64,000 bases of DNA from an uncultured Candidatus Saccharibacteria bacterium (GTDB lineage Bacteria > Patescibacteriota > Minisyncoccia > Phycocordibacterales > UBA918): NCBI GenBank assembly GCA_964350735.1, contig CAYGKO010000002.1:155566-219565 (forward strand), read 5' to 3'. Below the pieces are notes generated by a model. That model was not told where the DNA came from. It did no database searches and saw only the letters and a program-made list of their open reading frames with translations. The position numbers were made by a program, and so were the translations under genes. Below are positions 9,888 through 18,268 of the stretch, piece by piece. The stretch's first letter is position 1. Every line of letters starts with the position of its first letter.

Positions 9888-10087
9888 TGTAGGCACTTTA
9901 TCGAAATGCATTCACCCTCGCAGGGTCCCGAACTTTTCAGTTCTGGTCTCGCTGATGTCGTCCCCCCAGTTTTCAGGGTCCGTGACCCAAGGTCAAGAAT
10001 TGTCTCGCTCCATACGACGGTAGACGCGTTTGATCAGTTCAAGATGGCGACGCAGATGTTCATCTTTGTTCATAAGGTTCGATTTAC

Positions 10088-10866
10088 GGGGAAATGGTGT
10101 CAGCGGGGAAATGGTGTCAGGGGAAATGGTGTCAGGTACCTTTTATCGGCCTCCCTCTCCCTCGTACCGTCATGCTCAGCTTGTGTCTATCAATCATAGT
10201 GTCTGACCATACATCAGAGCCAAAGGGCTTCCCCTTATTCACCGCATTTCTAGCAGCTTCTAGTTCTGCTGCTGTCAGGGGTAACTGGAGAAAATCTAAG
10301 TAGTTGTTTGGCAATGAAACCGGAGGTGAAGATACTATCGTACTTTTAATGGTATGGAGTCTTTGGTATGCACTGGAATACTTCCAGTTCTGAATATTTT
10401 TAACTAGCTTCGCCCGCAGCGGGTTTCTTTCAACGTAGCGAATGACTGTTAAGAGGTGCTGATCTTGCTGAATTAAAAAAGATTTGTATCTTCCTTGGTA
10501 CAAGGAACCTGAACCAATAGTTTTATTCTGTACATGCCATCGCTGTGTATGAGTGAGCGTGAGCCATTGCATGAACTTCTGTAGATCACCATCTTTTCTT
10601 GGGTGAAGCACGAGATGAAAATGATTAGGCATAATACAATACGCCAATACACGCATGTCGTATTTTTCAACACCATCCTCTAGAATAGACTCAAAGAGTT
10701 TGAAATCTTCTTCTTTGAAGAAGATTTGTAGCCTTGCATTAGCCCTATTAATGATGTGATAGATTTCACCTCCAATATCTACTCTTGGTACCCTTCCCAT
10801 ATGTTACTATAGTAACATAAAAGGTACCTGACACCATTTCTGCTGACACCATTTCTGACATTTCTG
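10088..10866. mobile_element. REP-flanked RAYT / IS200-IS605-like element. A Y1 transposase gene is bracketed by multi-copy inverted GAAATGGTGTCAG repeats.
   Basis: Left end has 3 tandem copies of GGGGAAATGGTGTCAG (10088-10135). Right end has 2+ inverted copies of CTGACACCATTTC (10828-10866). The terminal 18-mers GAAATGGTGTCAGGTACC (10123-10140) and GGTACCTGACACCATTTC (10823-10840) are perfect reverse complements. Confidence 0.65.
10132..10800 (-). CDS. tnpA: HuH-Y1 transposase (REP-associated tyrosine transposase / IS200-like TnpA, COG1943 type).
   Basis: HuH motif MPNHFHLVL and catalytic-Tyr motif YVERNPLRA. N-terminal R.PR...GEIYHIINRANARLQIFFKEEDF matches the RAYT N-terminal pattern. Confidence 0.75.
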   Translation of the reverse strand: MGRVPRVDIGGEIYHIINRANARLQIFFKEEDFKLFESILEDGVEKYDMRVLAYCIMPNHFHLVLHPRKDGDLQKFMQWLTLTHTQRWHVQNKTIGSGSLYQGRYKSFLIQQDQHLLTVIRYVERNPLRAKLVKNIQNWKYSSAYQRLHTIKSTIVSSPPVSLPNNYLDFLQLPLTAAELEAARNAVNKGKPFGSDVWSDTMIDRHKLSMTVRGRGRPIKGT

Positions 10867-10965
10867 CACTCAATTCTTCCCACAACATTAGTTTCCATCC
10901 TTAATTAATGACAGAACGGTTGATGGTGCAAAGCTATGCAGAACTAAGAAAACATCGCACATTCA

Positions 10966-11697
10966 TTAATTGAGCAACCTCATAGTATCTCCATAAATTA
11001 CTTCATTGGCAGCTCCAATAAATACCCTATCGTTTGGACTGATATTAATCTTGCCTTCTCTATTTGTAGATAAGCCGCCTGATTCATTTATGATAAAAGT
11101 TCCAGCAAAGTAAGGGAAACTATCTTTAGTAATGCTCACTATCCGACGATATCTTCCTTGCGCAACACGACAATATGAAAGCACGCTTGATTGATTTAAA
11201 ACAAATGGATATAGGCTGCTTGAAGATTGCCAAACGTGCTTTTGGAGTTCTGCTTGGTCTGAACCGGGGTCCATATTAAGGATTAAATCACCGATTGATC
11301 TCACCTTTTCCATGTGCTTATCATTATAAATAACCCCCTGTCCTTTCTTGGCTTCAAAAAACTCATTATGTGCAGGAGCAACTACTAAAGCATAAATGAT
11401 TTCGCCTTTGTTAACCTCAGCCACACACAGTGCATACTCTGCTGTGCCAGCATATAACTGATTAGTTCCGCTTATTGGGTCTATGACCCAATAAGTGTCT
11501 TTGCCTGGATCCATATTATTAATATCCTCACCGTATATGATTGGGTCGTTGATTTCTTTAGAAAGTAGACTGAAAAAATCACTCTCTATATTTTCCTCAA
11601 TCTTTTTAAGTCCGTCTTCTGTCGTATCCTCAGGTAAATGACTCAAAATTTTCTTTCCTTGATCTATAAGAAAGTCTTTTACGGCTACATAGTTCAT
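10966..11697 (-). CDS. Inositol monophosphatase / CysQ family phosphatase.
   Basis: Signature WVIDPISGTNQ (the WxIDPIDGT metal-binding motif of the IMPase/FBPase superfamily). Confidence 0.6.
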   Translation of the reverse strand: MNYVAVKDFLIDQGKKILSHLPEDTTEDGLKKIEENIESDFFSLLSKEINDPIIYGEDINNMDPGKDTYWVIDPISGTNQLYAGTAEYALCVAEVNKGEIIYALVVAPAHNEFFEAKKGQGVIYNDKHMEKVRSIGDLILNMDPGSDQAELQKHVWQSSSSLYPFVLNQSSVLSYCRVAQGRYRRIVSITKDSFPYFAGTFIINESGGLSTNREGKINISPNDRVFIGAANEVIYGDTMRLLN

Positions 11698-11748
11698 ACG
11701 GTAATAATTGATTAGTAATGAATCTTATACAGTATAATATATTTAATT

Positions 11749-13152
11749 ATGAAAAAAATATGCCTAGTTGGCTTCGGTCCGCACGCTAAACGCATTCACT
11801 ACCGATATATAAAAGAAGGAGTGTCCTCCGAGAAGGTTCAATTTTCTTCCTTGGTGGATCTCATAGAAAAAAATGATGACATAAACACTTTCTTTTTAAC
11901 AGAAACGTGTTTGCCAAAAAATATATTTCTATCAAGGGATTCAGACCAAAGAGTGCCTGACAAATTAGCTGATGATGTTAAATTATTCTTGGACCAACAA
12001 ATTAGTCAGGGAGAAATTAACTGCGCAATTATCTCAACTGAACCTAAGGCACATAAAATATACATCGAGTATTTTATTTCCCGCGGTATTCCTGTGTTAA
12101 CAGACAAACCACTCACTGCCCCAGTTGGTTTAGTCCATAACCAATTGCAGGCTGAAAAGATTTATACCGATACTCTACAACTACAGGCATTGAGCGAAGC
12201 AAACAAAACTCCAATTTATGTACTATCACAAAGAAGAGAGCATGACGCGTATAAACATATCTTCAATTTAGCAGCTCAATGTGTTGCTGAATTTGGCATA
12301 CCAATTACATATTTTGATATCTTTCATAGCGACGGAACTTGGTCCATGCCTGGAGAATTCTACTCACGCGAAAACCATCCCTACAAGTACGGTTACGGTA
12401 AACTAATGCACTCAGGGTATCACTTTGTTGATTTGGCAGCCTGGGTAGCAGAAGTTAATGCGAATATTTATCCAAACCTACAAATTACTAACACTACTGA
12501 ATTACTCAGTCCACAGATGCAATATGAGCAGATTAACGGCTCGCAGAATTACGAGAGATTCTTTGGTAAATTAACAAATAGCCCGCAACCAGAAGGACTA
12601 GGTGAGGTTGATAGTTATACGACTATCAAAATGCACGTTCCTGGTGAAGACCCAGCTTCAACAAAACACATCTCCCTTGGTAGACTAGATCTACTTCAGT
12701 CTGGTTTCTCACGCCGAGCATGGTTTGATTTAGCGGCAGATACCTACAAAGGAAACGGTAGAATACGTCACGAGAGAATCACCATGCACCTTGGTCCTTT
12801 AATGGCTATTCACGTTCACTCTTATCAGTCTGATCAGGTTGGCAAAACAAACATCGAGGGAGTCGGTGGCGAAGAACATTTAGATGTATACGTATTTAGA
12901 AATGACCAACTGATTGGCGGACGTGGTTTTGAGCGCTTAAATTTTGGTCAAATCATACATTCACGCCATCAGTCAGAATCTACCTACATAGGTCAAAATG
13001 AGATTTCAAGGTGGAAGATTTTCCAGCAATTTATCACCGATGAAAAAAGTGACGCTTTAATTGAAAATCAACTTGTAACAAACAAATTATTGAATAGTAT
13101 GTATATATCGGCGATTACCAAGAAATCACACAATATTAAATATAATGACTAG
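11749..13152 (+). CDS. Gfo/Idh/MocA-like NAD(P)-dependent oxidoreductase.
   Basis: N-terminal Rossmann start KICLVGFGPHAKR. Family EKP-like motif GIPVLTDKPL. 467 aa with a long C-terminal domain. Confidence 0.45.
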   Translation: MKKICLVGFGPHAKRIHYRYIKEGVSSEKVQFSSLVDLIEKNDDINTFFLTETCLPKNIFLSRDSDQRVPDKLADDVKLFLDQQISQGEINCAIISTEPKAHKIYIEYFISRGIPVLTDKPLTAPVGLVHNQLQAEKIYTDTLQLQALSEANKTPIYVLSQRREHDAYKHIFNLAAQCVAEFGIPITYFDIFHSDGTWSMPGEFYSRENHPYKYGYGKLMHSGYHFVDLAAWVAEVNANIYPNLQITNTTELLSPQMQYEQINGSQNYERFFGKLTNSPQPEGLGEVDSYTTIKMHVPGEDPASTKHISLGRLDLLQSGFSRRAWFDLAADTYKGNGRIRHERITMHLGPLMAIHVHSYQSDQVGKTNIEGVGGEEHLDVYVFRNDQLIGGRGFERLNFGQIIHSRHQSESTYIGQNEISRWKIFQQFITDEKSDALIENQLVTNKLLNSMYISAITKKSHNIKYND

Positions 13153-13591
13153 TATGACTGAATTAATAAAAGGAAGAAAAGTTCAAGGTATTATTTATTA
13201 TAAGAACCAAGCCGGGGGGTTAAGTATATTGGGTCTACATCGAACCCCAGAAGAAGGAGGTTTTTGGCAACCTTTGACAGGCACAGTAGAAGAAGGTGAA
13301 TCATACCAAGAATGCTTGATGCGTGAACTGCAAGAAGAGACGGGTATTACAAGTAATCAAATAATTAAAATTGATGGTCCTATAAATACCTTTGAATGGA
13401 GTCGGGATAATACTCTTTACGAGGAACATGTGTACTCTGTTGAGGTCTCTTCAGAAACCCAGGTACGATTATCAGAAGAACATGATGAATACAAGTGGGT
13501 TACACCAGATGAAACTAAAGTAATGTTTAAATTTCAAGAAATAAAAGACGGGATTGATATTTTAAATGGAAAAGAATCAAAAACAAACTGA
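13145..13591 (+). CDS. NUDIX hydrolase.
   Basis: Nudix box GTVEEGESYQECLMRELQEETGI (Gx5Ex7REuxEExGu). Confidence 0.7.
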   Translation: MTSMTELIKGRKVQGIIYYKNQAGGLSILGLHRTPEEGGFWQPLTGTVEEGESYQECLMRELQEETGITSNQIIKIDGPINTFEWSRDNTLYEEHVYSVEVSSETQVRLSEEHDEYKWVTPDETKVMFKFQEIKDGIDILNGKESKTN

Positions 13592-14495
13592 GGTAAAAAA
13601 CAAAATAGCTACCGTTCTAAAAAATGAACTCGGGTGGGCTATCGAAGTTTCAGAACTAAAACCTACAACGGATAGTTTTGCAAACTACGTCTTCTTTTTC
13701 TCTTTTAACAATGAGACGTTTTACGCAAAGTATTTTCCTTCGGTATTTAAGGACAATGAAAGTATCGACAAACCAGAAGGTTCATTTTTAAGAGAGGTTA
13801 CTATTTATGAATTTTTAAATAAAAGTAACTACAAAATAGCTCCCGAATTCATTTTCAGGTCACAAAATGAACCGATTTTAATTACTAAATCATGGGGATC
13901 TAGTAACTTTTTACCAAAGTTAAATTCGCTGACACAGGAAGAAGTTCTAAACCAAATTACTTGCGTAATCAGCAAAGCTGTTTTGTTCCGATCCTGTCTG
14001 AGAGACAGTCAAGTACAATTAACTCTTGGTGATCAACTCAATGTCTTTTCAAGACTGCAAGAGCAGTATCTTATACATAAACCTTTACAACATTTAGGTT
14101 TATCTGCTGATGATGTTGACAATTTTGAAGACAATTATTTATTAATACAGAAAGATTTAGCCATTGGTGACCTGTCTCTAAAAAATATCCTGGCGGAAGA
14201 TTCTGATGTGAGATTTTGTGATTTTGAATCAGTATTTTTAGCACCATTAGTATTCGACATATGTTATTTAACCGCTGATTTATTAAGTAAAATGCCTCTA
14301 CTGAACGATGAAGAATTGCTTAAAAAAATATTCTTTTCATGTACGCAAAATTTGAGTCCTCAAGAAAGAGCCATGTTCTTCCCTCTGGTGTCAGTATGCA
14401 TGAGCTATCGCACCAAAAATGCCGTAAAATCATTTTCAACTAAGGAGTGGTCACAAAGTCTTTTGCAGACTATATTTCACACCAGAATGCCTTAA
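13566..14495 (+). CDS. Kinase-like phosphotransferase (aminoglycoside/choline/sugar kinase APH family).
   Basis: Catalytic-loop and DFG-like motifs AIGDLSLKNIL ... VRFCDFES, matching hGDlhpgNil / viDfe of the APH family. Confidence 0.55.
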   Translation: MEKNQKQTEVKNKIATVLKNELGWAIEVSELKPTTDSFANYVFFFSFNNETFYAKYFPSVFKDNESIDKPEGSFLREVTIYEFLNKSNYKIAPEFIFRSQNEPILITKSWGSSNFLPKLNSLTQEEVLNQITCVISKAVLFRSCLRDSQVQLTLGDQLNVFSRLQEQYLIHKPLQHLGLSADDVDNFEDNYLLIQKDLAIGDLSLKNILAEDSDVRFCDFESVFLAPLVFDICYLTADLLSKMPLLNDEELLKKIFFSCTQNLSPQERAMFFPLVSVCMSYRTKNAVKSFSTKEWSQSLLQTIFHTRMP

Positions 14496-14509
14496 GGTAT
14501 ACTTAATTC

Positions 14510-15427
14510 ATGCAACTAGAAAAAATTACTAATTTTCTGGAGGACTTCTTTTCAATAAAGACGTTCCCTAAAGATCCTCAGATGAGCTTATTTGTTCCGA
14601 TGGTTTATGAAAATGTAAATTTCAATTATGAAGAAGTATTCGAGCAAGACTTCAACTCTAGATTTGATGGTTTAATGTTGAAAGGGGGTGATGAAGTAAA
14701 TAATATTTATCTAGCAACCTTCCCTACTCCTGATGTTCTCGAATCTTTTTTCTCTATAGCTCAACCTGGAGATATTTTCTTCAGCCATCATCCTATTTAC
14801 ATTGAGAATGGTGACCCCGAAGGAGAAATTGGTCGTGGATGGATGGCGCTGACAGCTGAACAAATAAATACGTTCAAGAAAAATAATTTGTCTTATTTCT
14901 CTTGCCACAGTCCTATGGACTACCACCTGCGAATAGGTACTAGAGCTGCAATGATTGATGCGCTTAATTGCATATATCTTGCTGATTTTTTTAATGACGG
15001 CACAGGTCCGCACGGCTTAATTGGAATTATACCCACCTGCACAACTGAACTAATGTCAGAAAAATTAATGACGGTATTTAATGTTCCTTATCTTGACTTA
15101 GTGGGTACGAGTAAATCTAAAACAATTAGTAAGGTTGCCCTAATTGCCGGCGGGGCTGACAATGTTGACTACATGATGAAAGCTGAGGCCTTAGGGGTAG
15201 ATGCCTATATATGTGGTGAATTTAACTCTCGTTTTAACACCCCTTGGGGTATCGAAAATCAAAAGAAAGTTAACGAGTTTCTAGAAAATTCAAGTATGGC
15301 ATTTTTTGGAGTCTCGCATGCTGCCTGTGAAAATCTCACCTTCAAGACTCAACTAAGAGTTTTCTTTGCATCGAATTTCCCCGGTGTTAATATTCATTTA
15401 TTAGAGCAGAAGAAATGGTGGTTTTAA
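14510..15427 (+). CDS. Nif3 family (DUF34, YbgI-like) dinuclear-metal protein.
   Basis: Conserved His clusters align with E. coli YbgI: FFSHHPIYI (VIVHHGYFW), SCHSPMDYH (GWHLPLDAH), IAGGADNVDYMMKAEALGVDAYICGE (CTGGGQSFIDSAARFGVDAFITGE), GVSHAACE (AAGHHATE). Confidence 0.7.
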   Translation: MQLEKITNFLEDFFSIKTFPKDPQMSLFVPMVYENVNFNYEEVFEQDFNSRFDGLMLKGGDEVNNIYLATFPTPDVLESFFSIAQPGDIFFSHHPIYIENGDPEGEIGRGWMALTAEQINTFKKNNLSYFSCHSPMDYHLRIGTRAAMIDALNCIYLADFFNDGTGPHGLIGIIPTCTTELMSEKLMTVFNVPYLDLVGTSKSKTISKVALIAGGADNVDYMMKAEALGVDAYICGEFNSRFNTPWGIENQKKVNEFLENSSMAFFGVSHAACENLTFKTQLRVFFASNFPGVNIHLLEQKKWWF

Positions 15428-15434
15428 ATACTGT

Positions 15435-16169
15435 ATGTCAGAAAAAGCACCTAGAATAGCGACCATTGGCTTTGAGGGTCCTAATAGAGTCGGTAAATCA
15501 ACACAGAGTGAACTGTTAAAAACTCATCTTGAGAAACATGGTATTCCAGTAGTAATTGTGCGTGGTGACGGTTCTAGGTCTGGTCAAGGTGACAGTTTTG
15601 GTAATCCCGAATCGGATACGTGGAAAGAAATTGATTCAAACCTACGTAATGAAGGAGCCAATCTTGAAGAATGGAACAAATCTTCATATCGTATCGCTCG
15701 GGAGTTACTAGTGTGGAGAGATAGAGTGCTACCAAATTTTGTTAGAGAACTTGAGTCACAAGCTGGAGTTTTACTAATAGATAGATCTCTTCTAGCTCGC
15801 ACCTTAGTACCTCGAGAAATGGGGACCCCTAAACGTCTTTATGATGAAGACATGAGACCAGAGAATCCGATAACGGGCGATAAAAAAGGTCGCTCAATTA
15901 CTGCTGGAGATGTCGCTCCAGATATAATTGTGCAATTTATTGCCCCGAAAGATACACTAATTTCTCGTTTAGGAGATGGGCAGGATGAGAAGAGTCAACT
16001 CCGAAGACGATTACTTGAAGAACGTTATGATTGGTACCTTGATGCACAAAATTACTTACCTGAGGGATTAACTGACCGAATTGTAAGAATTGATGCCACT
16101 GGAGATCCTGAAGAAGTCTTTGACATTGTACTAAAAACACTAGTCGAAAGGGGTTTGATACCAAAATAG
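15435..16169 (+). CDS. P-loop nucleoside-monophosphate kinase, thymidylate-kinase-like.
   Basis: IGFEGPNRVGKSTQ resembles Tmk fEGidGaGKsTq. A later LID-like DRSLLA segment is present. Confidence 0.5.
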   Translation: MSEKAPRIATIGFEGPNRVGKSTQSELLKTHLEKHGIPVVIVRGDGSRSGQGDSFGNPESDTWKEIDSNLRNEGANLEEWNKSSYRIARELLVWRDRVLPNFVRELESQAGVLLIDRSLLARTLVPREMGTPKRLYDEDMRPENPITGDKKGRSITAGDVAPDIIVQFIAPKDTLISRLGDGQDEKSQLRRRLLEERYDWYLDAQNYLPEGLTDRIVRIDATGDPEEVFDIVLKTLVERGLIPK

Positions 16170-16332
16170 TTACAGTCTACTGTAACAAAGTAACATGCAT
16201 GAATATGTGTCACTTTTGTCACTTTTTTAGATGCACGAGAAGGGTCGCAGATTCTAAATTTCAAACTTCATAAAAGCCTTACCTCATAAGGAATCAAAGA
16301 GGTTCTATCTGCTGAACGCTCACAAAATACAG

Positions 16333-16369
16333 AAAAGAGCCTGTCAAGTTTATTTGGCAGGCCTTTTCT
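16333..16369. terminator. Bidirectional terminator between convergent genes.
   Basis: AAAAGA, stem GCCTGTCAA, loop GTTTATT, stem TTGGCAGGC, then CTTTTCT. Confidence 0.45.
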
Positions 16370-16373
16370 ATGC

Positions 16374-16500
16374 GTGATCCCACGAGTAAACAGTCTGGGA
16401 GACTGTTTACGACGGAATCGAAGAGGTTGCCTGCGATTCTGGAAGAATCGTGACAACCTGTACTGATCCTGTAAGGATCGAATTTCCCCGTGGGATCACA
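16374..16500. other. Highly structured 127-nt intergenic element. An 11-bp long-range helix encloses three internal hairpins. Could be a complex terminator or an unassigned small RNA.
   Basis: GTGATCCCACG (16374-16384) pairs with CGTGGGATCAC (16490-16500). The internal hairpins are AAACAGTC-TGGGA-GACTGTTT, CGATTC-TGGAA-GAATCG and GATCC-TGTAA-GGATC. Confidence 0.25.
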
Positions 16501-16508
16501 ACACAAAA

Positions 16509-17216
16509 CTACCCACCAAAATCCTTGATGATTTCTTGTTCATTCCCGGCATCAAGCGACTTCTTAAACCGCGTCCCCTTCTTCCCCTTCACCCGCGCTT
16601 CGCACTCACTCCAGGTTTGGTGGGTTTGTACCACACCATCGAGCAGACTAACGTATGAATAGGCTTTTTGAGCAGAACGTTTGCGGGCGTCACTGCGAGC
16701 CTGCGCTTTCGCTTCATCGTACGAAGTGTCAGAAATATCGAAGCCATAAGCACTTTTCGGTCCAGAATATAACTCAAAGGTACCCTGCTCTGCAAAATCA
16801 GACGCAATCGTATCCGCCCGCTCATTGCCAGCAATCCCGACGTGCCCCGGCACTTTATGCCATTCAATTTCAAAGGTGTTCAAAAGTGGCAACAACTCCT
16901 GCCACAAAGCTTTATTCAAAACATCAGTCTCAGCCTTCGTCTTCCAGCCATTTTTCAGCCAGCCAAAAACCCAGCCGGTCGAACCTTCAACCACATACTT
17001 TGAGTCAGTATAAATCGCTACCGTGCCTACTTCAACACTTAAGGACTTTAAGGCTTCTACCACCGCTTTCAATTCCATTTCGTTGTTAGTCGTGCGCTCA
17101 GAAAAACCCCCCAGCTCAGTCACCTGCTCTCCAGCAGAAATAACAGCACCAAAACCGCCCCGTCCCGGATTACCTTTAGAAGCGCCATCAGTAAAAATAG
17201 TTATTGCTTGAGTCAT
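16509..17216 (-). CDS. rnhA: Ribonuclease HI with a ~80-aa basic C-terminal extension.
   Basis: ITIFTDGASKGNPG, EMELKAV, YTDSKYV, HKVPGHVGIAGNERAD contain the RNase H catalytic D/E/D/D residues. The C-terminal tail is K/R/A/Q-rich. Confidence 0.8.
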   Translation of the reverse strand: MTQAITIFTDGASKGNPGRGGFGAVISAGEQVTELGGFSERTTNNEMELKAVVEALKSLSVEVGTVAIYTDSKYVVEGSTGWVFGWLKNGWKTKAETDVLNKALWQELLPLLNTFEIEWHKVPGHVGIAGNERADTIASDFAEQGTFELYSGPKSAYGFDISDTSYDEAKAQARSDARKRSAQKAYSYVSLLDGVVQTHQTWSECEARVKGKKGTRFKKSLDAGNEQEIIKDFGG

Positions 17217-17285
17217 AAAGACGTCATTTTATCATACATACACATTTAGCCAGAGAAACTATATGTTCTATACAGAAATTATTGA

Positions 17286-17810
17286 CTATACAATTTTTAT
17301 CACCTCGCCATCTCCAATAGAATCCGGAATGGGTGCGTTGATATGATTGAGTATTCGCTTTAGAGAACCGCCGTGTCCGAGGATCGCTACGTGCTGATAC
17401 TCTGCAGCAAGAATGCTTTTATACGCCTCAATCACACGGTGATTAAAATCAACAAAACTCTCACCTTCTGGATCGGTATTCATGAGATCTTTATGCGCTT
17501 CAACCACATCGGGATATTTCTCTAACGCTTCAGCTTTAGTCAGTCCAGACAAAATACCGTAGTGTCGTTCTTTTAGACCCTCAACTACTTGTAGCTCACA
17601 ACCAATTTCTGATTTGATAATCTCAGCACTTTCACAAGCTCTAATAAGGGGGCTATGAAAAATAACTTCTATCTCTTTTCCGACTAAATTTTTAGCTGTT
17701 TCGGCCAGTTGACCTCTACCTCGTTCAGTAAGATGATCATTATAACTACCACCATACCGATCTTCTATGTCTCCAGTCGTTTCGCCGTGTCTAATTAGAT
17801 AGATCTGCAT
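17286..17810 (-). CDS. Histidine phosphatase (phosphoglycerate-mutase-like) family protein.
   Basis: N-terminal IYLIRHGET (RHG catalytic motif), with a later LGHGG histidine motif. Confidence 0.7.
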   Translation of the reverse strand: MQIYLIRHGETTGDIEDRYGGSYNDHLTERGRGQLAETAKNLVGKEIEVIFHSPLIRACESAEIIKSEIGCELQVVEGLKERHYGILSGLTKAEALEKYPDVVEAHKDLMNTDPEGESFVDFNHRVIEAYKSILAAEYQHVAILGHGGSLKRILNHINAPIPDSIGDGEVIKIV

Positions 17811-17813
17811 ACA

Positions 17814-18185
17814 CTACCCCGTAAACTCTTCTTTATAGATCTTACCTTCATCATTTACGTGATACACCGCCAGCTCAGTAAACTGCATACGGCCGGTCAT
17901 TTCTGGGCCGCCGTTTTCATTGAAAGTTGCGTCCATGTAAAATGTCACAGCAAAACTTTTGTCTGCCACCAGCGGCTCACTGACTTTCATATCGTGCATT
18001 TCATCCAACATTGATGCCCACATCTTTCCTTTTTCAGCAATAGCCTCAAACCCGACAAACTCTTGACGGTCACCCCAGTTTTCAATACTCACCACATCTG
18101 GAGCATACAGCTCTTGGTAAATTTCATCTGATTTATTTTCGCGGTTCATCGCCACGAGACGATCGGCAATCTCTTGAGTAGTCAT
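17814..18185 (-). CDS. Small NTF2/SnoaL-like fold protein (hypothetical).
   Basis: 123-aa ORF whose pattern resembles SnoaL-like/ketosteroid-isomerase-like domains. No catalytic assignment is possible. Confidence 0.35.
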   Translation of the reverse strand: MTTQEIADRLVAMNRENKSDEIYQELYAPDVVSIENWGDRQEFVGFEAIAEKGKMWASMLDEMHDMKVSEPLVADKSFAVTFYMDATFNENGGPEMTGRMQFTELAVYHVNDEGKIYKEEFTG

Positions 18186-18223
18186 AGTGTGTATAAGTTA
18201 GTTGTATAGATAAATCTTATCAT

Positions 18224-18254
18224 AAAAACCGGCAGCCTAAGGCTGCCGGTTTTT
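18224..18254. terminator. Bidirectional rho-independent terminator.
   Basis: AAAAA, stem CCGGCAGCC, loop TAA, stem GGCTGCCGG, then TTTTT. Confidence 0.55.
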
Positions 18255-18268
18255 ATGATACGGAGAGA

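Noticed and set aside
9825-10303. Plus-strand ORFs of 124 and 69 aa spanning the GGGGAAATGGTGTCAG repeats and the RAYT 3' end
   Set aside because: They read through tandem repeats (giving repeated GKWCQ peptides) and run antisense to the transposase, so they are repeat artefacts.
16374-16500. Possibility that the structured intergenic element is SRP (4.5S) RNA or a tRNA
   Set aside because: There is no GGAAGCAGC/AGGUCAGG domain-IV consensus and no cloverleaf with a 7-bp acceptor stem. It remains unassigned.
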